Source: Oopsacas minuta (taxonomy: Eukaryota > Animalia > Porifera). From it: a stretch of 64,000 nucleotides of DNA. Shown here in pieces: positions 22,257-35,329 of this stretch. Position 1 is the stretch's first letter. Each line of letters opens with the position of its first letter. The notes beneath the pieces were generated by a model. It saw only the letters and a program-made list of their open reading frames with translations, ran no database searches and was not told where the DNA came from. A program made the translations under genes and the position numbers. Location: positions 186,001-250,000 of the forward strand of contig JAKMXF010000177.1 in assembly GCA_024704765.1 (NCBI GenBank), given 5' to 3'.

Positions 22257-24611
22257 AACCTGGTGGCGGTCTGGGTCACTTAGGGGCGTATACCTGGTCA
22301 CACAGTGTATCTCGAAAAATATAATTCACATCGCTTAGCTCTAAAAATGAAAAAGGTAGGTCCTGGCGTCATCTAGTAAAAAAATACCACTTTAACCACA
22401 TCCAGCTATCCTAACAATAGGGTTCATGCACCATGAATGTTGCTAATACTCAACTATTACATTTCAAAGATATCTTACCTAGGATTCATTTGTTGCTTAG
22501 GAATATTCTAAATTTAAGATTTATTTAACCTAAGCAGAACTGGTCCCCTTGCTTGTCATTTTATCGCATGGCTTCAGGAGCCTTGCAACACTTAAAGGAG
22601 GTATGCTGTAACAATAGCATTTTATGCTACAACCTTTCGATATAATACATTTATTCACCCTATTTTCTAGCTGCAAATAACCGGATCCAACTTAATAATT
22701 CTGTTCGTAATCCAGACGCAAACGCGTTTGCTGTTTTAGGGACCTTTGAGTCTATACGCTAGTGGTATGGGAGCGGGATTAGTTAGTGTCATGGTTGCTC
22801 CTGGGTGTGGGCTGATGTGAAATGCACAAGTTGAATTGTTTCAGTGGGACTTTCTATGTATTCTTGTTTCTGTCCGTTTGCATGTAAACTATCTGCAAAT
22901 AGTAATATCTTCGTTGAACTAGTTCTTCAGCTAATTCGTGTAAAAATTATTTGTGAATATGTATGATCTGATATACTTCCTGCGAATACACAAGGATTAC
23001 GATCCATTTGACCTTCCCATATTAAATACTGAGACCGTTTGTTTCTAGACTATATTAAATTTCAACCTAACTGAAAAACTAATATAGAGAAGAGATTCCT
23101 TTCAGGCACAGTTCACATGCAAATAAAGCTATAGACTAATAGAAGGTTAACCCAACTGACAAATCTCAAATTGTTTATTCAAACTCTGTACAATACTAAG
23201 AGCAATCTTGAAACCAACCCAAACAAAAATCATGACCATGGCAAAATTAGAACAAATGTTATCTCCACAGTAAGCATAGTGAACTAAATTCCTATTACAA
23301 CAATAGATGGCTTATAATTAACTAATAAATAAAATGAATAAGTGTTCGTTTGTCTATAATGACCCATTATTTGTAATACCCATCCCAATGTTTATCTATA
23401 GATTGATTCTCAATCACTGAATCCAGACCATAGTAGCAAATTGCATAACCTTAGTCAAATAATGAAATAATGTTTATTAATGACAAGAGATAAACATTCT
23501 GTATCTATTTAGAAATATCGTGGAACCTCGAATTACAAGAACCATGGGGAGCGAAATTTATGGCCGTGATTCTGGAATACATTAATGTTAAAGTCCAAAG
23601 GAATTGGACATAAAAATGTGATCGGAATTTCGAGGTGGCCGCTAGTCCAGGGTGGCTCTTAAGCGGTATTCCACTATATACTTTCCATTTGATTTCTAAT
23701 CCCTGAACCATGAATCCTGAGTTAAGAAAATGTTCATCCAAAAATTCCGGGATTGCAAGTATATGTTAGGGATTGTAAACCCAAATATTGATATATGGTC
23801 AACATCAATACTACAGTAATAGAAACAGCCCGGCAGTAGCTGTTATTAGCCAACGGAAGTTGCAATTGTTACTGTTAACAGCTAATAATAGTATGTTGAA
23901 AACAGTAAGAAACAAATATTCTGTTAACAACACTGACTTTAGCAAAGAATATGTTAATTATGAGCAAAATATGTTAGCTTGAAACATGGGCGAGGGCTGG
24001 TGATGCAAACAACGGCATAAATCCATAAATTATGGGACGAATCTTTAAATCTTGTAATTTAGTACGAAAATCATCGCTTAATTACCGTACATCATCGCAA
24101 ATTTTTTAATAGTGGGGGACACTTCCTCCTTCGTCCCACCGGGATTTACGCCCATGCTAACATGTTACGTCACTGTGTCCCAGTATACTTACTGTATAGC
24201 TGTACTGTTGAATGTGAGGCTTGTCACAAACCTCTAGAATCTTTAAGTAAAGAAGTCGCATGTACAGATGTACTAAATACCTAAACTGTATCATCAACAG
24301 TGTAAATTTTACGATGTCAACAATACAGAAATCCATTTATCATTCATCTTAGTTAAGGGTGTGTTTTTCTATGCAACAAATGAATCCTAGGCAAGATAAC
24401 TTTGAAATGTACTTGTTGAGTATTTAGCAACATTAACGGCGCATGACCCCTATTGTTAGGATAGCTGGATGTGGCCCAAGTGGTATCTTTGGAGTAGATT
24501 ACACCAAGACCTACCTTTTCCCCTTTTAGAGCTAAGTGATGCGAATTATAGTTTTCCAGATATACTGTGTGACTTGAATACGCCCCAATGGGGCCCAGGC
24601 CGGCACCAGGT
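22257..24611. mobile_element. Pair of about 200-bp diverged inverted repeats (22257-22454 / 24415-24611); probable non-autonomous element
   Basis: ACCACATCCAGCTATCCTAACAATAGGG and its flanks recur in reverse complement at 24450-24480. No intact internal ORF was found. Confidence 0.5.
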
Positions 24612-25816
24612 AAAGGAATTTACACTCTGTTCTAGCCAGTACCGTACCTACTTTGTGTGCCCCCCGCCTAATTAGTTTTGAGGCCCTCTTTAGAAAATTA
24701 TATTTCTAAATAATGAATTATCCAAAATAACTGAAACTCAAAATATATTTGAATTGGTAAACTTTAAAACACACATGTACATCATGAAACTTAGAAGAAA
24801 ATATATTTGTCTAATTACTGATCAATGACATTCTATGGCTCGAATCAGTAATGCACAAACTATTTTCCATTATGTTATTCCAAGATACAATTCCTCAGAT
24901 TCACAACTTTCAATCTCAAAGTTAACTCCAGAGCTGATCTATACCAATGTATCCACGACTTGTTCACTTTCTGCATTACACTTAGAATTATGAGCCTGGG
25001 GAAGGGGGATTGGCTTCTTAACTAAACATTCAACACGAACAAAGTATTCAGAATAAACATTTGTAAGCTGGTAATTCCATTAATATCGAATTCCTTTCTT
25101 TGTTCCAATACCCACTAATGAAAATGCTCAGTTTCTCCATTTAAACAGGCATATTTTTTACCAAACATTTGATAAACTAAACTATGGCCAGGTTGTGTTA
25201 GAACTAACCACAAAACTAACAGTGGATTACACTCAAAGGAGCTATTTGCTATAAGCACCTGTGATGACATTAATGAAATGAAAACACTAATCAATTTCAC
25301 ATGCATCAGCAAAAATCCAGATATATTTCGAGCATTAGATAACCCATATAATTTTGCGGCATCTACCCACAACAGAGCTTCAAATTTATTGAAGAAATAT
25401 ATTCCTTCAGAATTCTCTTTATCAATATAATCAATCAAATCGACTCCTTCGAATTGTTATGCACGGTTAAATCAGAGGCAGTTGATACCCACACGAAAAG
25501 AAACATATCGTCCCATAACTCGAATTCAAGTGTAAATATAGATTAAAGAAATGATGAAACTGATATTTTGAACACTCAGCTACAGTCTTACTTACAACTT
25601 GTATCCAATAAGGGAATTAAGGTGTTGGGATAAAATTAGACATGTTAGTTCCGATGAAAAGTACCATAAGATTGACGCAAATGTTACTAGTTACGTACGT
25701 ATTAATTGTATCCTCAAGAATTAAATTTAACATTGACTGAAAATGAAAATGAATCCTTCAAAATATATAAAAAGTACTAGCAACCCCCAAACATTTTTTA
25801 CGGGAATTGAATTATA

Positions 25817-27151
25817 TCAGGGCATTCAATAAGTCTAGCGGGTCATAATATATCTTAGAAATTAGTCAAGTAATATATCTAACTTTCATATATTATAACC
25901 CCATATAGTTAAACTCCATATACTGAAAGTTTCAAGCTTATTCAATACAAATTATGAATTTTTGAGATAGTTACGTGTTAGTCAATTTATACCCACTGTT
26001 AAATTTATGGCTCCAAAGGATGATAATTTCAACCTCAAATGGCGAGCTTACATAGAGTTTCGCACAATACTCAAGATCCAACCCGTACAGATCTTCAGCG
26101 AGTTACAGGAGATATTGTGCATGGATTACCTTTCCAGATCTACTGTAGAGCGATGGGCTGCCCGTTTTAGATCTGGTGATGCTGATGTCACAGATTTGCC
26201 TCGATCTGGAAGACCGGTATCCACCACCACTTCAGAGAATATCGCAATCATTGAAAGTATGGTCATGGAAGACAAGTGCATTACTGTCAATCAGTTAGAA
26301 CAAAGTATGGAGATTTCATCGAGAGCTATTCATACAATTCTGACGACTGAGCTTGGCTACCGATCGATTTGTGGGAAATGGGTCCCGCATGAGCTTAGTG
26401 AGAATCAAAGGTTGGCACGACTGAATATTGCCAAGAAACTCTTGGAAACTTATGAGAACTGCGATTCTAGACGCCTAACAGAGATTATTACTGGTGACGA
26501 GACGTGGGTATACTATTCAAAACCATATAGCAAGTATAAGAAGCGATCATGTTTGAGGGGCGACGAACAACCAGCGAAAATTCCTAGGCCCGACTTCAGA
26601 AAACCTAAGATTATGCATACCATCTTCTTCAGTAGTCATGGAATTGTCTTGCAATTACCTTGTGAGAGTGGCAAGGCTGTCACTGCTACTTTCTTTACAG
26701 AACAAGTGCTTCCAAATTTGATAAACAATATAGAAAAGTACTGACCGAAAACCGGAACTCGAGGAATGAAGATTTTAATTGATAACTCCAGTTCCCATAC
26801 AGCTAAGCTTACAAAAGAATTCTTGAATGTAGAATGGTTAGAATTACTTCCCTATCCACCATACTCACCAGATCTAGCTCCGTGTGATTTTTGGCTATTC
26901 CCCAAGCTTAAAATCTACCTTCAAGGCAAAGATTTTAACACATTACAAGTACTCAGAACGGGCTTGTACCAGTCTTCAAATCCATCCCCGAAGAAGAGTA
27001 CAGAAATGTGTTTTACAAGTGGGTGGAATGGTTAAAACTTTGTGTATCTGCAGTAGGAGATTACTTTGAATAAATAATATAGTGAATTAGTGTGTATAGT
27101 GTTTGTATCATATTCTATGATATCACCCGCAAGACTTATTGAACGCCCTAG
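25817..27151 (+). mobile_element. Full-length mariner (DD34D) element; transposase has one premature stop and a 3' frameshift
   Basis: TIRs (T)CAGGGCATTCAATAAGTCTAGCGGGT and the reverse complement CTAGGGCGTTCAATAAGTCTTGCGGGT, with TA on both flanks. Motifs WVPHEL, TGDETW, DNSSSH...YSPDLAPCD with 34 residues between the second and third Asp. ORFs 26007-26744 and 26766-27035. Confidence 0.95.
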
Positions 27152-28477
27152 TAAGATAAGAAAGGTATCTATAAATTTTGAAGTTGTTCTGAAGAGAAAT
27201 ACCTTCAAGAATTGATCTGAAAGTTAGAATTTGTAATACCCAAAAACCTGAGAATTTATCTATTTCTGCAGGGCGTTGCTGGTGATAATTATTGCTGTTT
27301 CACGAAAATATCAATGTAGTTATAAATATCTGTCTCAACTCTCAATTTGCATAAATAACTTGAAATTCAGTCGAATTTAGGGTAAGAAACATGAGTTGGA
27401 ACTGATCCTACATTACGTAGAATATGATCCATCCCCTAGCACTCTCACTACCACCTAAAAATTTGAATTACTCTAGCTCCGCGAATTGTTAATAATTTTA
27501 ATGAAATGTTACTTTCATAAACGTCGATATCACCAAAGTATGCATAGAAAATTTCAGGATCGAATTGTGACTTTTAGGTGGGTAAATTCAAGGGAACCGT
27601 TACACTGAAAATTTGAACCAAAAAGTGACTAAAAGTCAAGGTTTTTGAAATCAAAACATATTAAGTAAAACGTCCAACCCTCTTCTTTCCAATGATACTA
27701 ATTTTGTTTATATCTGATGAGTATAAGTGAGTCAAAATAGTACCTGAAGTGACCCTAGTCTAACTTCTCCGTTGAATCGTTCAAAATAAAATATTTCAAA
27801 AAGTAATGAATATTATAAAATAATTTTAAACACGTAATCCACCAGCACTACATAGTATGTAGAAAAAACTTGTATCAAATTAATAATGAGAAATCGGTCA
27901 AATAATACATTATAGTTGACACGAATGGAAAATTTCAAAACCTCGATGTCAAGTCAACACACATATTTTACAATTCTGATGACGTTTTCGTTATCCGCTA
28001 ACGCTATACTTTCGAACAATAACAAATTCTTTTCTCTAGCTATACGGTAAGTTGGTCAAATATACGATTGAAGTGAACACGTTTTTATAATTTGAATTAG
28101 CTGCTAACTTCTTTTGGTCTGAAAAATTTAGAATATTAACTAACACCTTAAACTTTTAGGAGCTTCAAGCATACCTGTATGACATTGCCATTACCAGTTA
28201 ATCGAGTGAATGCAACTTCCAATATTTGTTAACATCTAAAATTACTTTGGAAAACATCTGAATAGACTTCCTCCCATTCCACGTTCAGCTACGCCCCTGA
28301 GGCATTTCGAAAAAACTGAAATGACGACAAATACTCGATTTTGCAAAATACAAACTGTCAATTAGATTTATTACCTACAAGTAGGCAAGATTTAGAAAAT
28401 CATAACTTTGGTTAGATTTATACGGCAAAAAATCAATAGAAACCTGATAGTATTTATTTGATACATTATAATAATTA

Positions 28478-29138
28478 TTAAAAATGACAATCTGTAACAC
28501 GACAATACTGATTAATTGCAAAATTAAAAGATAAAGCAGCTGGAGATGGAATATACTTAATGAATGATGGACGATCAGCACGAGAAATACTCGAAGGTGT
28601 ATAATAAAAAGGGTGAAATTGTTGGGAATAAAGTTGTTCGATAAGTAATCGTTGCCGAATTGCTAAACAACCAGGACTCCACTGGAATAGCTTTTTCCGC
28701 TTAATAATCTGTATATTAAGTAACTTTTTCCTCAGAAATTGTCTCCAGGCTAACTGAATTGTTAATGCAGCCATTTCTCGCTTGCGGTTAAAATATTCAA
28801 ATAATCTTTCGGATTGCTTTGTAGTATGTTCAACCTTATGTAAACTCTTCAATTGTTTATTTCGTAAATATTTTCTCCAAAATAGTTGGATAATGAGAGC
28901 AGCTTCTGTTTTTCTATGAAATAGTGTCACCCTCTGCAGATCAACTGATTTTGAAATTGAAATACCAGTCTGAGAAGTAGTTTGTGGATGAATTTCTAAG
29001 TTAGGGAAATATTTTTCATCACAATTTGTCTTATGAACATCGTTAGTTAAGCTACTATCAATGGAACGAAGAGATGGTTGAACTCTAGATTTTTGAACAG
29101 GTTTTTCGGGTGAAGTTATGCGGAGATTCTTCTTAAGT
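28478..29138 (-). CDS. INVS: Inversin-like gene, last coding exon (two IQ motifs and C-terminal tail)
   Basis: Acceptor TCTTTTAG at 29140-29139. Contains AALIIQLFWRKYLR and AALTIQLAWRQFLR IQ motifs; stop at 28478. Entry phase 2 matches the upstream exon. Confidence 0.75.
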
Positions 29139-30901
29139 CTAAAAGAGTAGAAACATGTCAGGATAATATAATTTAGCAGCACCTCTGACTGTACGCAATG
29201 TATTTATAGGACATTAACACATAGGCGCTGAATCCGGGGGGGCTGGGGCGGAGCTTGAGCCCGCACTCGTTTGGTTACAGCCCCATAGGGCTAATACATA
29301 ATATAAGTGTGAGCTCCCTGGATTGTTAAACTTGTTAGAAAGTTCGGCGCTCCTGCATTACCCCATGATTTCTTTCGCTACGCAAACCAAACAATAGTCG
29401 AATAGGACTGGCATTATGTGGATTCAAAATCAAAAACTTCGTGACATCCATTGGTTTAATAGTATCAACGAATCTATATTTTACTAATACGGTTTTATCT
29501 ACTGGTTAAGAAAAATTGGGAGGAGGTACAATATCTCTCTCTCCCGCTAAGGCTATTTAATGTGTCATTACTTTGATCTAAATTTATATCAAAGAAATTG
29601 GATTCCATCACTAATCAAAATCTGTATAGTTGGAGGCCTTACTCTTAGTCGGACGCAGTGTAATCACAAGGTCGTAGCCAAGAGATGGCTTGGGGATTAA
29701 TCCCCCGGTTTTTCTACCCTTAGTGAAAATCTTTATGGCCAATAAGAAATATACAACTCCAAGTTACCCGCATCTGTGCATCGAAACTTGCTAGCCCGCG
29801 AGGGTAGGCAAAAAACGCTGAATTTTGGGTTGAATCCTGTAAACGTTAGCGACCTCCATTATGTATGTATACATGAAGAATTACAGTCATAGATTGACTA
29901 TTACTTATTTATCTGTATATTACGGTAATTTCATAGCTATACAGTACACAGGGCTGGCGAAAAGAAAGCAGGTTCGGTTATGTAATTCAAATCTACCCAC
30001 TGAACTCGCTATTCCTGGACCCAGGGTTTTTGCTTCCGCCGTTTATGCTTAGAATATCATATGATACAGCAATTATTGCATACTTGTGCTGCGCAGACTG
30101 CAAACATTTCGTGTTAGCAGCAGGTACCCTCCGGGTGCCTCTTGTATTAATAACAATGTAATTAACGTTGAGTATATGTACACAGAATATTATATGATAT
30201 ATCGAAAACTAAAATTCTTTTAACTATGAACACATATCAAGGTCGGGAGAAGGTATGGAACAGCGGTCAGACTATTGGCTTGATCTACAATAAAGTGGTC
30301 AAGCTCGGCCATATAATAGAACATGCCATAACCTGACCGGCCTGACCGTTTGCACCAAACCTGCAAATATAACTACAGTAAAGTGATTATTAATCATGTA
30401 ATTCTTACTTTATAAAATCGTAGGCCATTAAAAAATATTACGCATAATCAATAGTCGAGTCAAAATAGGTTTTAACCGGTAACAAATTCCGATAAAACGG
30501 TTTTAATCGTTTTGTCACCTACTAGCTATATTAACCGACAGATAAAAGTAAACTCCAATCAGATCCACAGAAGTCGAAAATTCGGGACTGATCATAATCC
30601 TTTTGCTACAATGTTTAGCAAAAAAATAAATTTGAATACTCTATATTCTCTATTCTTATGAATAAGCATTAAACATAACTCATTTGCATGGGGTTAATGG
30701 ATATTCTGTTCAGAAGCAGGTTGATTGTCTCAAACAATCACATATATCTGTTCGGTATAATCAACCGACTCAGGATTATTCATAAGATATAGGGAATACA
30801 GACATCCAAATTAACAAATTAATAAATATAGTAGCAATAATATCATGATCAGTTACTGAGATCTACGCTCACAACACGAAAATAAATCAATGTATAGCTA
30901 C

Positions 30902-31274
30902 CAGAGATGGATCCGGTCAGCTTTTTCATGACCCGACCCTACCGGCCGGTCGACTGCTAACTTTGACTATACACTCCCTGGCCAAAAGTATTGGAACACC
31001 CAGCCACTTGTGACACAAGTAGTACACTGTGAGAATATGTTAAATATTTGTGGATATAGCAGAAAGTAGAAATCTCTTTTGGTCAAGGTCGATGAATTAA
31101 TATTTATTCAAAAATGCATGAAATTTGTAATCATGGTCTAGTTTAATCGAACTGCTAAGTTGAAGTTTTGATCAATGTGATCACAGTATCAAATTCAGAT
31201 TCACCATATTCAAAAATTATGACCGGCCGGTCGAGATCTTCGACCGGTACCCGACTCGACCGGTTCTATCTCTG
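30902..31274. mobile_element. hAT-type MITE carrying a nested Tc1-like end (CACTCCCTGGCCAAAAGTATTGGAACAC at about 30971)
   Basis: TIRs CAGAGATGGA / TCTATCTCTG, GACCGG/CCGGTC subterminal motifs, and flanks ATAGCTAC / ATAGGTAA (6 of 8). Confidence 0.6.
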
Positions 31275-34200
31275 ATAGGTAAGTATTTTTTAAGAAAATA
31301 GATCATAACATCATGTATTTAAGTTAAGTATGTATCAAATATTGATAAATTGAGTTACCGCCGAGGTCGATCTAATAAAATCGCGTGTAGAGATCATTTA
31401 AAGAGTCTATAAGTGCATAACTAGACTCAGACGCCTAGCGATGTCGAACAAAGGTCACTAGATGGGTTTCGAACAAAATTTTGAGAGTTGAATGTCGTGA
31501 AATTCCTGAGATTTTTGCGTTGTTATTGGAAAAATTTTTCTATATATGGTAAATATAAAAATGAAACTGTGGTAATTGGATGCTAAATTATATTCCGACA
31601 ATGTGTAGAAAACATAGTCAATGAATTAGCTTGGTTTAAGGTGGCTCTATAAAAGGTCAAGTTTAATCCTAACACACAAAGTGCCGTTTAAAACAAATTT
31701 AATAGACTAAACTGTAAGCACAGATTGGAACTTTAGAGCATTTTCCTGTGCCGACTATACTTTAGCATAAGGCTCAGTTTTTATCTGTGCTTTTTTTATC
31801 ATTTTGTCTTGTAGTTCTGTCCTCGCTCTACAGCCCACACCATTTATGATTAAGAGCTGAAAAGAGTTCATTGGGACATGCACATTTGCACTTAGGTATA
31901 TGATATTTGATCATATACGATGTATCACCTGAAAATTTGGCTCACCTTCATTCAATTCTATAGAAACAAATTTTTTTAAGCATGGAATCGGAATTGGACA
32001 TACTTTATAGGAAATTATGCATCACACCAATGATATTTACCTCTATAAATGGGAAAATTTTCTTCAATTATATTTTTTGAGCTAAATTGGAAAAATACTT
32101 GACTATAGCTATGATGACTTGAACCTTTGGGGTTTCTCAGAAGAAATTTTGACATATTTGTATGCTCAACACAATCTTATAGCATTATATTAATCAAATA
32201 TCGTTTAAAAACAGTCGTTGGAGGAAGTGCACAGCGGCTAAAATAGGCTGTAGCAATTTCTATGCATTTTCAAGACTTTAAAATGTATTATTTAGGTATA
32301 GGGTATCGACCATAGGGAATCAAAAATGCATCAATATTTTGGCTTCTATTTTAATAATTATGAGGTACTCATGAAATTCTCTATAATGCAAGCTTTCAAC
32401 TTACGCTCATAATTCATTGAAATACAACCAATACAATATATGAAATTATGTCCAACAAATTTATAGACAACACTAATCAAGCAGAAGTGAATCAAATAGA
32501 GTGTTCATTTTGTGGGCATCGTAATAACAGTTAAGTTTGCAAATGTGACTCAATTAGCCACAACATGTGTATACAACAAAACACAGAAATGAACTCAATA
32601 CCAGGTTGCTATGGAATAGAAGACGGACGAAGTTATCTCTGATATTCAGTGTGAAGGAATTCTTACGAGCCAGATGCTCACGATATTAACTAATCAGTTT
32701 GTTACATGATTCTAGCTTATTCAGAATACTCTTTCAAACCATAACCATAGTTGCATTCTCTGATCAACGAAGCGCTATGAGCTAACAGCTTGTGTAATGT
32801 AGGTGAAATATAAGCTCAAGAATAATTGGTAACTACGTGTATACTCGTAGGTTTCCTGCAGATAATATCGAAATAGTCCAGTATTGATTTCTCTACTACA
32901 GCAAAAGATACGCAATTTCACGAAGAGGTTGCTCTGAATCTTCTAGAGTGGCTCATGGTATTCATAGGGAATAAAAGAACATATCCACTTAAGGATATCG
33001 TTCTTATTGCTGAAGCATTTGCGTGCAATATTCAAGCGAAGTGAGCTAGTAATAGATAAATGTATAATTGAATACACTATCAGAGTTAATTCGCACTAAT
33101 TGTTGAATTTAATTGTAATACCACAATTGGCGTATTATCGTTTAGGCTGATGTGGCTGGAGCCTCAGGGCCCAAATGCATTAAGTAGCGAATTCAGCATA
33201 CTGCTGAGGACAATGGTATAGCCGTTCAGAATGAGACTCCACAATACATTAAACTTCAGAATTAACGACACTTATTGGGGCATGCCAAAAAGTTCGTAAC
33301 ATACGATGTGTCGCCAAATCCGAAGTTGCTCCAAATGTCTAATATATACTTTGATGGACCCCAAATACATTCATTTCGATGACGCTTTGCGAAAACGAAA
33401 CCATTATATATGACGAACAAGTTGAAGTTATGTTATATAATTTAGTATATACTGGATAGAAGGAAGTATAAGTAAAATGAAATATACATTACCCAAACTT
33501 GTTGCCTCCGTTTGCCATCCGAGCTCGAATCCATAACTTAGGTTTATAAATATTCAAAATTTCATTGTATCCGTTCAATGCCTTTATTTAATTGCGTTTT
33601 CCATTTAGGTTAGTAACCATCTGTATGATTCAAAACAAGGAAAGTTTTTTGATGTATAAGAGATAAATCAAACCCCAATTATTCACGAATTAGGCAAAGC
33701 GTTTGTAAAGCGTTAATTTGCAAAGCCTTCCTACCTATATTGAAATATTTCTGCATTATACAGTACAACATGTGCCAAAGTCGTAATACCAGATGTGATT
33801 TGGATGCATCAGGCAAGGAAAGTGTCGATATATTCGAATTGTCGTTTTACCCAAAGAATAGAGTGTAGAACTATGGCTGGGGATTTCTGGCCCAGAGATA
33901 TTGTCGTCATCAGCGATTGCGCTAAAACTATGTCGTTAATCTGATTTTACTGAATTTTAAAAATTGAATTAGTTATTTGTTTACAAGATATTTTCCCTCA
34001 TTACAACAAATAAATTCAAAATGGTTAATTCCAAAGGTAGATAATCAAATTCAAAGAATTTGATATGTTTAGCTTAGTCTTATTAAATATGTTATAATCA
34101 ATTTGCTTCCTTGATAAATTCAAAGTTATACAATATTTTGGAATGGCGAATTTGAATTCTAAATAGTATGTACCACTATTTTCCAAAACACGAACGAACG

Positions 34201-35329
34201 AACAAACAGACAAACAGACAGGCAATAATTATGGAAATAATAATATTTCTATTATATAGGAGTCCTCCGAATAAATCGGTAAATTAGTGTTATATTAAAG
34301 GGAAAGCTCCTCAATTTTTAGGCTCCAAAATCATACGCCTAAAGGAGCGCCCAGCGATCCTCGATAATTTATGTACAGCACTAAGCTAACATCACATCAC
34401 AAGCTTAGCTATTAGAAACTAGGAAATCGTTCAAATTTGCGATTTTCTTGAAGAGGCTAATTACTTTTCGGTAGTGATTTGGTATTTGTGGAGAAAAGGG
34501 GTTGAAATCTCGTGAAATGTAAGAAACATATATTCATTTATACACTTCAAAAGCGCATCCTCGTCGTTTGATTTCTTCAAAAACTTGAGCTGTCCAAAGA
34601 ACTTTGGACAAAGATAGACCACTACCCATGTGGCCCCTAGGAGAGAAGTGGGCGCGGCGGATTCGTTAAAATGTTCTGGAGATGGGCAGAATGTAACCGC
34701 TTTCTGTACGAGTATAGCTCATAGACACATTTCGCGAGAGTCCTTATCAGTACAAAAGTGAACACAATATATTTTCATCTTTACCGCTATATTAGATATT
34801 AGACTGTATGCTACAACCAGGTACCAGTCAGGCCATGAATAGAGTGTTGACGTCTGATCGAATAATAGTGATAGTAGCGTTAGAATAGGGCAGATATGAT
34901 TTAATATAGATGTTGAATAGAGTGATGTGTAGTTATAGGTGAGTTGGGTGAGTGACAATATTTTAAAAACAAAAATGTGGCTAGATTTTAATCTAATGAC
35001 GATTATTTGACATAATTTAAGAAGTTATATTCACACAAGTGTGAATTTAGAAGAAAACATTACATATGTTTTACACCTCAATATCTAAGAAACCGTAAGA
35101 CCAATACAGACAACGGGTGTGAATATGTTACGAAATATTAAAAACATTGCCATGGAAAATGAGAGATTTTCATTAATAGAGTATTACAACTAATCCAAAC
35201 TCTTTCAGCCCCTTGACAACAAATTGTTTTTTGATCAATAAAAGTAACACGGGGTTGGTAAATTTCTGTATAAATTTCAACAGGTGATATCTTATAATAC
35301 ACTCAATTTAGATATGATGATTATATTAA

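Noticed and set aside
31700-33060. RAG2-like partner convergent with the RAG1/Chapaev-like remnant
   Set aside because: No Kelch-type GG/Y/W repeats are visible, and the PHD-like cluster is not C-terminal. It is kept only as an unidentified island.
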